The position numbers and the translations under genes are program-made. A stretch of DNA of 63,552 nucleotides, counting the filler, from Octopus bimaculoides (taxonomy: Eukaryota): NCBI RefSeq assembly GCF_001194135.2. It is 5 parts of 4 records of this genome, joined end to end, with 100 filler letters (N's around TTAATTAATTAA, not from the genome) between each part and the next. Parts side by side here need not be neighbours in the genome. Positions count along the whole stretch, not along the records: positions 1 to 20,043 come from NC_068999.1; positions 20,144 to 25,454 come from NC_068996.1; positions 25,555 to 42,599 come from NC_068988.1; 2 more parts are not named here. The stretch is one strand, 5' to 3'. Position 1 is the first letter of the stretch; each line of letters opens with the position of its first letter. The notes below the pieces were generated by a model. It was not told the origin of the DNA and searched no databases. It saw only the letters and a program-made list of their open reading frames with translations. This document shows, piece by piece, positions 12,671 to 25,586 of this stretch.

Positions 12671-13131
12671 TATATACACATACAGATAGAGAGAAACTTA
12701 GATGAGAGTGAAAGTCTATTTAACTGATAGAGAGACAGACAGAAAGAGAGATGAATGAATACAGACACACACCCACATGTAGACACACACACACACACAT
12801 AAATATATATACATATGCACACACATACAGAAAGACATGCATATGCATCACAGGTAGGTCAATTTAGCTCTATAAATATTTATATATTTAGACAGTAGAA
12901 AAATGCACTGAACTACGTGTTTCAGAGCAGATATAACGATGTATTTATCCATTTATACTTCTACACTTTTACTCATTTATACATTTATACATTGATACAT
13001 TTATACATTAATATCCTTCAACTGATTATACATTGTATACTTCCCCATACAATATAGAAATCTAATTAATCCAAACCAGGACAAATGTACTTTAAATAAC
13101 ACCAATCACCAGTTTCTCTTATAGTAGTAGT

Positions 13132-13166
<35 letters not shown>

Positions 13167-13242
13167 TAGTAACACCAGCAAGAAGGAGAAGATGATGATG
13201 ATGATGATGATGAAAAAGAATGAGGAAGAGGAGAAGAAGAAA

Positions 13243-13314
<72 letters not shown>

Positions 13315-13972
13315 AAGAAGAAGAATAGCGTTTCTTCAATATAGTTATATTAATAAGTCTCCTTCTAATTATATGACACGCTAATGCACTTGTACCCCGT
13401 CGTATTTAAAGGTGATGTCTACAATGGAAGATGCGATTCACGGTTTGATATAAATACAATGTCAATAAGAGGAGTAGAGTAGCGTGAAGGAGGATGTGTA
13501 TTTAATTGACAGTGGTCATGATTATAGGCTAAATGTTTCTTGGATAACCCTTTCCGTTTCCTACTAATCTCTCTCTCTCTATCTATCTATCTCTCGATCT
13601 ATCTATCTATTTTCGGCACTTGGCCGGAGACTTCAAAAGATGTGGGTTCGAGTGCCATGACTGTTTGTTGACAGGTTTTCTTGCTTTGTGTGGCTAATTT
13701 ACCCAATGTTTCTGCTGTTGTAACGGTGTCTCTGCGTTCGAAAATATGTCCTCTTATTTGTATCTTATAATAGACATTTCGGCGCCCAGTCGGACTGTTA
13801 CAAAAGAGGTTTGCCTCCTTGGCACCGCCAGAACAATCAGGAAAGTATTATATGACTGAAAACAACGAATAGCACGGTACCGTAGGCTGCAGGTAGTAAG
13901 CCCGCTACGCATGCAAGACTCCAGGAGTTCCAACAAAACCTGTGATTAAAAGAAATAATAATAATAATAACA

Positions 13973-14041
<69 letters not shown>

Positions 14042-14126
14042 GTGATGATCTTTTCTACTATAGGCACAAGGCCTGAAATTTAGTGCTTGCGACTATACCA
14101 GCTCGCCGCCTTAATTAAATAACAAT

Positions 14127-14163
<37 letters not shown>

Positions 14164-15921
14164 CCAACAACAACAACAACAACAACAATAATAATGGGAG
14201 AACATCTTATGAGAATTCTATCGAAAGGTTTAGTATTTCGATTAGATTTTGAAACTAATCGATATCTTTAGTTCCTAGTTATTCGTTTTTCTTGATAAAA
14301 GTATTTATCAATCACATGAGAGGGTTTGTAGAAATCGAACGCAGTTATTATGTTCCATGTAGAATAATGAGGCCCTATTTATTTTTTAACGAATATCGTT
14401 AAAATAATACAAACATATCAGACTATTTGTTTTCGCTTCGCAACATAACAAATATACACCAAGTTCAAACCCTGGCGATATTGACTTTCATCGCATCCAG
14501 GGCCAAAGCTTAGAGTTTTTCATAAAAGCTCACCAATCTAGAGCTAGTGCAATGGTGACGGACACTGCTGTTCCATATGTTCCACAAGCAATCTACCTCT
14601 AAGATTTTCTACACGCGTTAGAGTACATGTTAGAAACAACAACTGGGTATCCCCAAAACTTTGCTTCAGATTTTTGTGAAGCTCTAATATGTAACAACGT
14701 ATATACTGTCTTATGGCATACATCTTTACCTTCTACGTTTGTCAACAATTGCTCGTGTACGCCATTATATTTTGTTTACAATAAGAAGAAAAATAATCAA
14801 TGCATTACTCAGAAACCAGTATATTTTATTCAGTCCCTTCTGCTCATTGTTTAGCTGCACAAAAGTTGTAATAGCACGTTAAATAATTGTGTGCGTACCG
14901 TCTGTAGTTCGCTGCAAAACATCTTGTATTATAACCTGCAGAAGCAGCTCAAACAAACTTGGAGTTAGTATTAAGAATATTGCACGTGATCTAAGTCATT
15001 GTAAATGAGTCATTCTAGCAAATAGCAATTAAATCTACACACACACGTGTATAGTTTGGTGACAATGTTGGTCAGGGCTTGTTGCGTGTTTCTATTGCTA
15101 CGACCAACTTGTACGGTCGGTCTTATTCTTAGGCGGACTAAAGCGAACGCTACTCAAGGATTTCAAATTGTTAATCCATGTGTTGCGGTCGTTCTAAGAG
15201 AAATTCAGCGATGAGGATGTTAAACAGTGTTTGCATTTGTGTGTGTGTGTGTGGTTGTATGTATGTCTGTATTAGCGTTTATGTGTATGCCCATGTGTGG
15301 TGTGTGGAGTTGGTTGGTTGGTTGGGGTTCCGTGGTGTTTGTTCAGGAGAAACGCTTATATCCTAATTGTTTCAGCGGCATCACGTGATGCGGTCACGTG
15401 ATCCAGCAAGGTTGCATTTAATTACGTGATTATGTCATTTCTACGAACACGTGCGTGCATGTGTATGTGCATTCGTATGAACATCTGCATCATCATATGC
15501 NNNNNNNNNNNNNNNNNNNNNNNNNNNNNNNNNNNNNNNNNNNNNNNNNNNNNNNNNNNNNNNNNNNNNNNNNNNNNNNNNNNNNNNNNNNNNNNNNNNN
15601 NNNNNNNNNNNNNNNNNNNNNNNNNNNNNNNNNNNNNNNNNNNNNNNNNNNNNNNNNNNNNNNNNNNNNNNNNNNNNNNNNNNNNNNNNNNNNNNNNNNN
15701 NNNNNNNNNNNNNNNNNNNNNNNNNNNNNNNNNNNNNNNNNNNNNNNNNNNNNNNNNNNNNNNNNNNNNNNNNNNNNNNNNNNNNNNNNNNNNNNNNNNN
15801 NNNNNNNNNNNNNNNNNNNNNNNNNNNNNNNNNNNNNNNNNNNNNNNNNNNNNNNNNNNNNNNNNNNNNNNNNNNNNNNNNNNNNNNNNNNNNNNNNNNN
15901 NNNNNNNNNNNNNNNNNNNNN

Positions 15922-15967
<46 letters not shown>

Positions 15968-16493
15968 TTTATGTATGGTTGGATGAATGCATACGCTTGC
16001 GTGTTTCCATTGCCATTTCCGCATCTTTATATGTAAGCCAATGCCTGCATGTGTGAATAGGTGTGCACGGAACGAATTGAAGACATTCGAGTTGACTCGC
16101 AACGTTCGCTGTATTAGTGTATGGTTGTGGTTTTGTGTGTGCATGTGTGTACGTGTGTCTGTGCGCATTTTTGTGTGTGTAAGAGATAGAGAGAGCGAAC
16201 GAGAGAGAGAGAGAGAGAGAGAGAGGTGGAGAGAGATAGTTGGGAGAGAGAAAGAGAGAGAAAAAGAGAAAGAGAAAAGAGTGTGTGTTTGTTTGCCTGT
16301 GCGTGTGTGCGTGCGCGGACGTGTCTCTCTTTGCGCGCATATGTGAAAATATTGTCTGTATTGATGTGAACATATATTTCATTTACACTGAGAAGAGTCT
16401 CTTTAAGGCGGCCTTAACATGTATCCATGTATAAATGTTCCCATGTGCATGTATGAAAATATTCATAGGGGTCCTTTATAAAATTAATATGTA

Positions 16494-16866
16494 CAGGGTG
16501 ATTCAAAAGTCGCCATACATAGGAACAATTTATTTTTTTTTTATAAGAAACACTTTATAAGAACGGTTTTTTTTTTAACAGTCTCTATATGGTTACCAAT
16601 GTTTTGAATACACATTGCAATACGTTTACTCCTCTCATTGTAAATTCGTAATAACACATCTGGTGATACGTGTGCAAATGAGTTGCTGATGTGGTCCTTC
16701 AAATGATTTATATCTTTTATCTTTGCACGATGCACCATGCCTTTCAAATGTCCCCAACGATAGAAACCAAGAGGGGTCAGATCAGGGGATCTGGGGAATC
16801 TTATAAACTGTTTCTTATAAAAAGAAAATAATTTTTCCTGTGTATGGAGACTTTTCAATCACCCTG
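16494..16866 (-). mobile_element. Internally deleted Tc1/mariner-superfamily element with a transposase C-terminal remnant
   Basis: TA on both sides. Imperfect TIRs of about 70 bp (cagggtgattcaaaagtcgccataca / tgtatggagacttttcaatcaccctg). Minus ORF contains FPRSPDLTPLGFYRWGHLKGMV...CIQNIGNHIE, the SPDLxP motif of Tc1/mariner transposases. Confidence 0.92.
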
Positions 16867-17017
16867 TATTGCATCAACATGCATACGTGAAGACATGTTG
16901 GACTGCTTTTCTGTTTTCATTTTCGACAAGAGAAGCTCGACGTTTGTATTTGTTCCCTCTGTGTTCAACCTTGTGTGTGCCAATAAAGAAAGTTATCTAT
17001 GTATGTATGTATGTATG

Positions 17018-17071
<54 letters not shown>

Positions 17072-17588
17072 ATCTATCTGTCTGTCTATCTATTTATCTC
17101 TCTATCTATCTGTTTATCCATTTTCCCTCCTTCCCTCTCGCTTTTTCTCTTTCTCTCTCTGTGTCTCTCTGTATCTATCTCTATATCTCTCTATCTATCC
17201 ATTTCTCTCTTTTTGCCTTACTCACTCTCTCTCTCTCTCTCTCTCTTTCTCTGTATGTGCGTGCTCGATGTGTACACACGCGTACGTTTATGCATATATA
17301 TTAATTTCTAACCTCGCCGCAATCAAAGAAATATTTGATATATGAATCATTTGTGGATATTTTTTCCATCGACGAGACCTGCTCTTGAATCCATCGATAA
17401 CAAGCTGGCGCCATTAGTGTTTAATCAATCGAAACATTCACTAATCACAAAAACCTTTCTGCGTTGACACAGAGACAGTTGATGGATGTCAGCCTTATTC
17501 TTCATCCTTTGGTTCTTTTCATGTCGGCGAATACAAATAGATACAAAGAACTTACTAAAGCTCCATTACATCTCAACTGCAATCTTAC

Positions 17589-17636
17589 GGAAACAATTGA
17601 CCGGCGAAAACGAGGTTTACTATTTTCCGACGCCAT
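17589..17636 (-). CDS. Candidate start-codon exon MASENSKPRFRRSIVS
   Basis: gtcaaaATGGcg start context, in-frame TAG 18 nt upstream, phase-0 donor TCC|gtaaga. An alternative phase-0 donor TTA|gtaagt lies at 17556. Local sequence is CpG-rich and non-repetitive. No downstream exon linked. Confidence 0.3.
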
Positions 17637-18132
17637 TTTGACAAAGGGAGACTAAATATATGTACTTTGCCTGTCCGACTTATAAGGGATAGTGATACTT
17701 TCAAGGACATCTTTGAGAGTATTTAATCCTAACCTCTTTGTACTGACCACTGCCTAAGATTCCGTTCCATACGGAAGAATTAATAGTTGTAAGGGACCAA
17801 AGAATGCTTTTGTTTTGGGTGGCTTTTGGTACAATTTCTGTATATATTACAGTTTCTGTATATATTACAATTTCTGAGAGACCGTTTCTTGCGGTATCAC
17901 TCTTTTGAATGGGAAAAATATTTCTGGATGAAGAAGGAAAATATTGATCGAATGCTCTGGAAGCATAGATATACGTGTGCGTGCACGGAGAGACATACAC
18001 AAAGGACACGCAGATACTCATGCAAACACTAATGTAAGTACAGAAATTATATTATACATACATACATGCATACATACATACATACATACATACATACATA
18101 CATACATACATACATACACATATACATACATA

Positions 18133-18655
18133 CAGAGAAACTCTGTACAGTAGTAGAAATCAGCTGTCCTGCGGATGTCAACATCCCACTAAAGATTAGA
18201 GAAAAAGAGAACAACTACGCCGAGCTACTGAGAAATTTTCAGATACTCCACCCAGACTACAAGTTCAGATTCATACCCGTGATTTTTGGGGCATTGGGAT
18301 ATGTAACGAACTGCCTCAACAAAAACCTGGAAAAATTAGGGTTCTCAAAACCTGAAAGAAAAAGGCTGATTAGAAGACTACAGATTCAAGCCATCAATGG
18401 AACTGTAAAGATATGTAAAACTTTCCAAAGATTTAGCACATAAATACATATGCATGCATCTAGACATAAAAACGCATCCATAAAACAAACATACAAATCT
18501 GCGCATACACTAACACCAAATACTGCACACACACACACACATATGCACAAATACCTAGATGTTGATAAAAGTTCCAATGAAGGAGCCTTGAATCTATGCT
18601 AGAGTCCGGCTCTTTCTCTATGGACAAGAAATACAGAAATGAAACTGAATGATAA
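18133..18655 (+). mobile_element. 5'-truncated RLE-type non-LTR retrotransposon (R4/Dong-like), family 1
   Basis: Open frame VVEISCPADVNIPLKIREKENNYAELL...FIPVIFGALG...LQIQAINGTVKICK matches the restriction-like endonuclease C-terminus. A 3'UTR follows, and both flanks are (CATA)n. Confidence 0.9.
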
Positions 18656-19212
18656 CATACATACATACATACATACATATATAAAAAAATCTGGAAAAGC
18701 TGGGAATTTTAGGCAAAAACTTGGTCACCGAGCATCACCTTTATCAAAAATCAAACTCGAGTAAGAATAGCGAAAAGCGAAAAATACTTTTAAAATTTAG
18801 CAGACAAATATTTCGGTTGTTGTTATCAAAATTTCCATAAACAAAAGATTTGGTTCTTTCTCAGAAACCAGGAACTTTTTTTTTTTAAGAGGAACGAATT
18901 GGAATAATTTAAGAAGATAACATGTATTCCAACATACGTATGATGAAAAACATGTTATATTCGTACGTAAGTACACGCAAACATACAGGCATTCAGACAT
19001 ACATACATACAAACTGATAGACAAACAGACAGACACACAGACAGACAGGGGCAGAATCAGACAGTTCTGGATAAATGGATTCGGTGATAGGTTGATTTAT
19101 TGACTAACCGTTATGGTCTGCTGGAAGATAAAGAAACATATAGATAGACGGCTTTGCGAATGTGTGTGTGTCTGTCTATCTATCTATATATCTATCTATC
19201 TATCTATCTATC

Positions 19213-19243
<31 letters not shown>

Positions 19244-19263
19244 TGTAAATGCAAAAATAAAAA

Positions 19264-19342
<79 letters not shown>

Positions 19343-19973
19343 GTACATACATATATATATGCTTGCGTGCATAGATACGACCATATATTGTGTGACAGAT
19401 ACACAGAAAGTAGTGTGTGTATGTGTAATATATGTGTGGGGTGTGTGTGCATTTATGGTTATATATGGGCGAGTGTGTGCATGCCATAACTATCAGTCTA
19501 TATACACGTATATGCATACATAACTTTCTTTCTCTCTCTCTCTTTACCTCTTTCACTCGCTTTCAAACTCTTTCTCACTCTTAATCTCTCTCTTTCCCTC
19601 TCTCTCTTTCCCCCTCTCTCTCTCTCTCGCTCTCTCTCTCTCTTTCGCGTTTTCCACAAACAGACACAGTAAACAATGGTAGAAAGGACAAAGATGTAAA
19701 GAGAGAGGAAGTCCATAAGACTCAATATAACCCAGACTTGAGTCATTGCTTCACAGCATCTGAGTTAAAAATGTTCTTCTATAGAACATTAATCACAAGA
19801 TTATTCTTCTGAATCAACGTCTGTCTTCGAGTGAGATCGTCTGTCTTCAGACACAGAAATTCCTTCATTTCTTGCGCTAACTTTACCAAACCAACATCGG
19901 ATTCTCTGTTTCTCTTCACTTCTTTACTTCTCAACATGCTCACGCAAGCACACCCACATGTGTGTACGTATGA

Positions 19974-20006
<33 letters not shown>

Positions 20007-21314
20007 TGTATGGGCGTATAAATGCAGACACTGAGGTCATGCTNNNNNNNNNNNNNNNNNNNNNNNNNNNNNNNNNNNNNNNNNNNNTTAATTAATTAAN
20101 NNNNNNNNNNNNNNNNNNNNNNNNNNNNNNNNNNNNNNNNNNNCCTTATATCTTCTTTTCCAGTGACATTCTTCACTGATATTGAAAAGGTTACCTTCAT
20201 AATCAGTATTACTACGATCATCATCATCATTCCTATCTTCATCATCACCACCACCACCACCACCACCACCACCATCATCATCATCACCATCATCATCACC
20301 ATCATCATCATCATCATCATCATCATTGTCAATGTCGTCATCATTGTCACCATCGACTTCAGTATCATCAGTGTCATCATCATCATCATAATCATCTTTA
20401 TCATTACCACCACCACCACCACCACCACCACTCATAATTAACCTCATTCTCTTTATTTCTGCATATATCCCTCCCACCTTTTTATTTAATTTTTTTTTGT
20501 TTTTATTTGCTTTAGTCATTGAACTGTGGCCATAAAGAGGCACCACCTTGAAAGATTTACTCAAACATCAACCCATATACTTATTTATGTATGTCTATTA
20601 TTTAGTTTTATTTCTGGATTTCCTGCCCATGCAGAAAGAGCTGGTTTCTAACCTAGATCCAAGGTTCCTTCATTGAAATTTCAACAACATCAACAGGGCA
20701 TTTGTGCATGTATGTATATGTGCAGTATTTGGAGTCAGTGCATGTGTAGATTTGTATGCTTTGTTTCCTAGACATACTCATATATACTTAAATGATAAAC
20801 CTCTGGAAAGTTTTACAAATTTTTACAGTTCCAGTGATGGCTTGGATCTGTAGTCTTCAGATCAGCTTTCTCATTTCTGGTTTTGAGAACCCTAATTTCT
20901 CAAGTTTGGCACTTAGGCAGTGTGTTACATATCCCAGTGACCCAATAATAACAGGTATAAACCTGAACTTGTAATCTGGGTAGAGTAACTGTAAATTTCT
21001 CAATAGTTTAGTGTAGGTATTTTCTATTTCACTTATCTTTAGCTTTATACTGACATCAACTGGACAACTGATTTCCACTAAATAGCTTTTCTTTCCACAT
21101 CCTAGATCACTTGGTTTTCTTCTATTATGTTTGCATTTTATTGACAATTTCACAGGGACATTCCACCACTACTCTTCCATACTAAGAGTTATTATGGCCT
21201 CACACAGTAGGTTCTTATATCTTGGTCTCAGAGTTGTTCTTCTGATGGATCCCATTGTACAGTGTCTTAGCTACAGCATTGTGTCTCATTGGTAGATAAT
21301 AATGCAATGTCATT

Positions 21315-21550
21315 GAAGGCGGTGAGCTGGCAGAAACATTAGCACGCCGGGCAAAACGCTTAGCGGTATTTCATCTGCCGTTACCTTCTGAGTTCAAATT
21401 CCGTCAAGGTCGATTTTGCCTTTCATCCTTTTAGGGTCGATTAAATAAGTACCAGTTATGCACTGGCGTCAATGTAATCGACTTAATCCCTATGTCTGTT
21501 CTTGTTTGTCCCCTCTATGTTTAGCCCCCTTGTGGGCAATAAAGACATAA
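21315..21550 (+). mobile_element. tRNA-derived SINE (family C) with 16-bp TSD
   Basis: B-box-like gagttcaaattcc. Flanking ataatgcaatgtcatt (21299-21314) and ataatgcaatgacatt (21551-21566). Related copies at about 37845-38045 (+), 28140-28335 (-) and 38540-38655 (-). Confidence 0.9.
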
Positions 21551-21830
21551 ATAATGCAATGACATTTTTGCAGAACTATGTATGATGTGTGTGATATATA
21601 TCTTCAGTGCTAATATTACAAAGTTTGCATCAGTTACCACATTTCAGGGTCTTTCCTGTGTCTCTGTTCCTTTTGTGTATCAGAAATTTGGAAGCTATTT
21701 CCCTGTTCCTGGTCACAAATGTACACTCTTCTTAGTGAAAGTTAGTAATTCAGTTGTTGGTCCATAATAGACTGCTTTGATTACCAATGTTGCTGTCATC
21801 CTGGAGCCTTATGCCAACATATCCATGCAT

Positions 21831-22205
21831 AGTGGAGGCACAATGGCCCAGTGGTTAGGGCAGTGGACTCGTGGTCATAGGATTGCGGTTTCGATTCCCA
21901 GACTGGGCGTTGTGAGTGTTTATTGAGCGAAAACACCTAAAGCTCCACGAGGCTCTGGCAGGGGATGGTGGCGAACCCTGCTGTACTCTTTCACCACAAC
22001 TTTCTCTCACTCTTACTTCCTGTTTCTGTTGTGCCTGTAATTCAAAGGGTCAGCCTTGTCACACTGTGTCACGCTGAATATCCCTGAGAACTACGTTAAG
22101 GGTACACGTGTCTGTGGAGTGCTCAGCCACTTGCACGTTAATTTCATGAGCAGGCTGTTCCGTTGATTGGATCAACTGGAACCCTCGTCGTCATAAGCGA
22201 CGGAG
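21831..22205 (+). mobile_element. tRNA-derived SINE (family D) with 19-bp direct flanking repeat
   Basis: A-box-like tggcccagtgg and B-box-like ggtttcgattcc. tgccaacatatccatgcat is identical at 21812-21830 and 22206-22224. Confidence 0.9.
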
Positions 22206-24277
22206 TGCCAACATATCCATGCATGGTTTTCTGCTGATATTCACTCATCCTTTCATCAGATGATATGATGCAAGAAAGTCATACAACTTCTTTGGGCAAA
22301 TATTTGAGGTTATCAGGTAGAGAATATTTCTTGGAAGAGTGACTTTCCAAGTCTCATGATATTATCTACCTCATGCATGCAGACTTGGTCAACAAATGCA
22401 CTTCAACACTTACTGGTTAATAGATTTTCTGAAGGGGTATGATGTGACATTCAAAAACTGTCTAAATCAATGTTAAACTCTCTGCTTCCATATTTTTGTT
22501 TTAGGAAGAGGCAGTCGACATCACTGTGAATGTGAAAATTATTTGAGCTGGTCAGTAGCTTCAGTATCAATGGCTCAGATCTCATCAAGTGTCTATTTCA
22601 GTGGCCCAAACATTGGTGTGAGTACTAGTGCTGCAAACACATTGTGAACTACTATATTACTGTGTATGGAGAATTATTAGGTTTATAATTTTCTTATCTG
22701 AAGGTGTTATAGTGGCGCGTTCCTTGTTACTGGTACCATTGTGAAATGTGTTTCCATCTATCCTTAGGTACCTGTAGCATTCTTCACCAGATATAAGAGA
22801 AACATCTAAATCATTAATGGTGGTGCTGCTAGTCTGGTTTTTTCCTCATTTCCCAACCATATAAAAACATTTATCCTGACCAAAGTTTAGCTTATATCCT
22901 TTGAGAATGTGATAGCTAAATCAAGACTTTTTTCCATCTCATGCTTATTCCTGTCATACAGCTCCAAGTCATTCATAAAAAAAAGCATTATCATGGTACT
23001 TTTGGAATATACCTCTGTGATACTGCATTTTATCAGTGATAATACAATCACTCTTGGTATTTAATTTCAAGATGATGGCCCAGGATGAAGTTAGGTCAGC
23101 TGTGCTTTGCAGGTTTTCATTTTGTGAATACTTGATGGCCTGAGCAGAGTTGGTGCCATGCTAAAAGCACCAAGTACACTCTGTAAAGTGGCTGGTGTTA
23201 GGAATGACATCCAGCTGTAGAAATCATTGCAAAGCAGATATTGAAACTAGCAGCCCTCCGGCTTGTTGATTTCTGTAGAACCATCCAGTCTATGCCAGCA
23301 TGGAAAAAAAGGAACATTAAATTCTGCTGCTGTTGATGATGATGATAATGGTCAAGATGATGATGATAGATTCAAAGTCCAGCCTGTATTGTGCTGATTC
23401 CATTTGAAGATTACATTAAGTGTACACATGTCTTTGGAATACTCAGCCACTATACATACCCACTTAATGAGCCATGAGCATTCAGTAGATGATCAAGCAA
23501 CTGAATACCCCACTGTTAAAGCTAAGATCCGTTTACATTTACTTTACTTTGTCTATAACATATTTACTTATATCCTAATAACACCCCTAGATCCAGATAT
23601 GGCTAATTACTCTTGCTGTTAGTGTAATTAATATTGTTTTGGGTATTAGTTTGGTCGGAAGAGAGATGAAGAATTCCAAGGGAGGTGTGTGATGGTTGCT
23701 GGGAATGGGGCTGAAACTGGGTACAGTCTTAGGTAAAAGGAAGTATATCTGGGTTTAAATAACACTTAGAGTAACGAGAAGAGTGATGGGGGTATATTAA
23801 GTGTGTTTAGGGTAGAGTGAAGTACAGTGAAGTAAGTTCATACGAGCTGAGACTGCTTTAGTAATATTCACATCTCAAGACTCATGCAGTTTCTTTTGTT
23901 TGGTTTCCAGGTTGGTACTTGCACTTCCCAAACTTATGTTGATCAATGTAATTAAAGGCCAAGCACTGCCAAATAAACAACCATTACAGAGAAGAACAGA
24001 TAGCTTTATTTTGTCATTTTTTTTTATTTGATTTCTTATTTTTTATTTTCTATTTTCCGCCCTCTTCTTTATTAGAAGAACTTTTATAATATTCCAGTGT
24101 ATGAAAAGTACAAACTTGTTATTTGCTTTATCACAACACACAGATCGTTACAATAATGAAGATGATGACGACAACGACGACGACAATGATGATGACAACG
24201 ATGATGGATATGATGATAATGATGACAATAATAGCAAATGGGAATGGTAACCATGAAACTGTAGACCTTTAACATAC

Positions 24278-24340
24278 CTTTCACCTTTTCCAGCATTTTC
24301 TTACAAAAGTCATTAGCGTTTGGTTCCGGCATCATACACT
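24278..24340 (-). CDS. Best candidate coding exon (63 nt, phase 1-1): xCMMPEPNANDFCKKMLEKVK
   Basis: Strong acceptor tgttgtatttttttttatag| and donor AAG|gtatgt. Only one open frame. Protein family not identified. Confidence 0.5.
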
Positions 24341-24774
24341 CTATAAAAAAAAATACAACATAAAAATTAGTTTACTGCAAACAATAAATTTCTTTTTTTT
24401 TTCTTTCTTTTTAAATATTTATTCTCCTCGTTTTATTTTATTCCTCATTCATTTTATTTCCTCCACAACAAAAACAAAAGCAAAAACAGTAAAAAGAAAG
24501 AAAAAAGTGTTTGGCCTATATTGTTTGACCTAATTGTTTTATTCCAGCTTTTAAAGTGGATGATGATCAAATACATTGTCTCTTGGCCAGCACAATAAAC
24601 GTTCTATCTTAAATGATGTTATTTCTGACACAGCCATGACTATAGTCAGGAATAAAATTCATGCCAGCATCTGCAGTTAAACAAATAATTTAAATTAACA
24701 ATTTTTGGTTTGAAAACAAAATATGAGTGGAGTGATAAAAGGAAAAAAATCATAGTTGATTTTTAGGTAAAATT

Positions 24775-24908
24775 TTCAATTCTCAACCACATGGATCTGG
24801 GTTCAGTCCCACTGTGTGGCACCTTGGGCAAGTGTCTTCTCCTATAGCCTCAGGCCAACCAAAGCCTTATGAATGGATTTGGAAGTTGGAAAGTGTAAGA
24901 AACCCATC

Positions 24909-24915
<7 letters not shown>
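24775..24915 (+). mobile_element. SINE family A, 5' half
   Basis: ggttcagtcccactgtgtggcaccttgggcaagtgtcttct...aagaaaccc followed by (TA)n. The same half occurs at 28350-28520 (+) and 27570-27670 (-). Confidence 0.85.
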
Positions 24916-24947
<32 letters not shown>

Positions 24948-25109
24948 AAATACGTGTAGACGTTTTATTATCATTATCTTATGATATTTACTTTGTATTA
25001 TATTATACTTATTTATTGTGCTTTTACTTATTAACTTTCTATATGTGACTGGATTTTCATAGATGAGTTCATAAACCTTGGTTCTTTCCTCTAAAACTAT
25101 ATATATATA

Positions 25110-25440
25110 AAGTGTAGTATATTGCCACTTAAGTGTGGCTGACCCCTAGGGGTGGATGTTACTGTTGCTTTTAGCCCCAGGAGGACATCTCCTCCAGCTG
25201 GCTTATCGACACACTACTGTGTCCTGTTTGCCAAGGGAAGTTATCCCTCTCACCATGATCTGCAGCACGAACGGATCCGGATTTCAGGGTTATTTCCCTT
25301 TGTCGGCGTTCGATAGCTACTGACCCTGGCGAGAGAGACAAAAACCTGGCAATCTTATATCTACTTTTCCAGTGAAATTCTTCACTGATATCGAAAAGGT
25401 GAAAACAAGCAATGTTAATTCTCTAAATGAAGTATTAACA
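25110..25440. repeat. Unclassified interspersed repeat
   Basis: About 25348-25400 (ttatatctacttttccagtgaaattcttcactgatatcgaaaagg) recurs at about 20146-20191 with few changes. Confidence 0.55.
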
Positions 25441-25554
25441 GTAACTGCACGATANNNNNNNNNNNNNNNNNNNNNNNNNNNNNNNNNNNNNNNNNNNNTT
25501 AATTAATTAANNNNNNNNNNNNNNNNNNNNNNNNNNNNNNNNNNNNNNNNNNNN

Positions 25555-25586
<32 letters not shown>

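Larger units (their letters stand above)
20587..23130 (-). mobile_element. Decayed RLE-type LINE, family 1 (RT, CCHC, RLE), split by two SINEs
   Basis: 20780-21150 aligns with the 18133 copy. CKLC..EDI..H and YYLPMRHNAVAKTLY remnants lie around 21260-21650. LFFMNDLELYD (a degenerate YMDD RT motif) lies near 22950-22990. Many stops and frameshifts. Confidence 0.85.

Noticed and set aside
20088-20099. TTAATTAATTAA between N runs (also 25499-25510, 42644-42655, 59836-59847)
   Set aside because: An identical all-frame-stop spacer flanked by fixed-size gaps is an assembly linker, not biology.
20200-20440. Poly-D/G ORF resembling an acidic biomineral or glycine-rich protein
   Set aside because: It is a (CAT/CAC)n microsatellite with no splice or signal context. 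The same applies to 24140-24235, 29140-29400 and 41480-42030.
21831-21905. tRNA genes at SINE heads (also 8617-8672, 37110, 37455, 58945)
   Set aside because: A and B boxes are present, but I could not form an acceptor stem, and each runs into a SINE body or tail.
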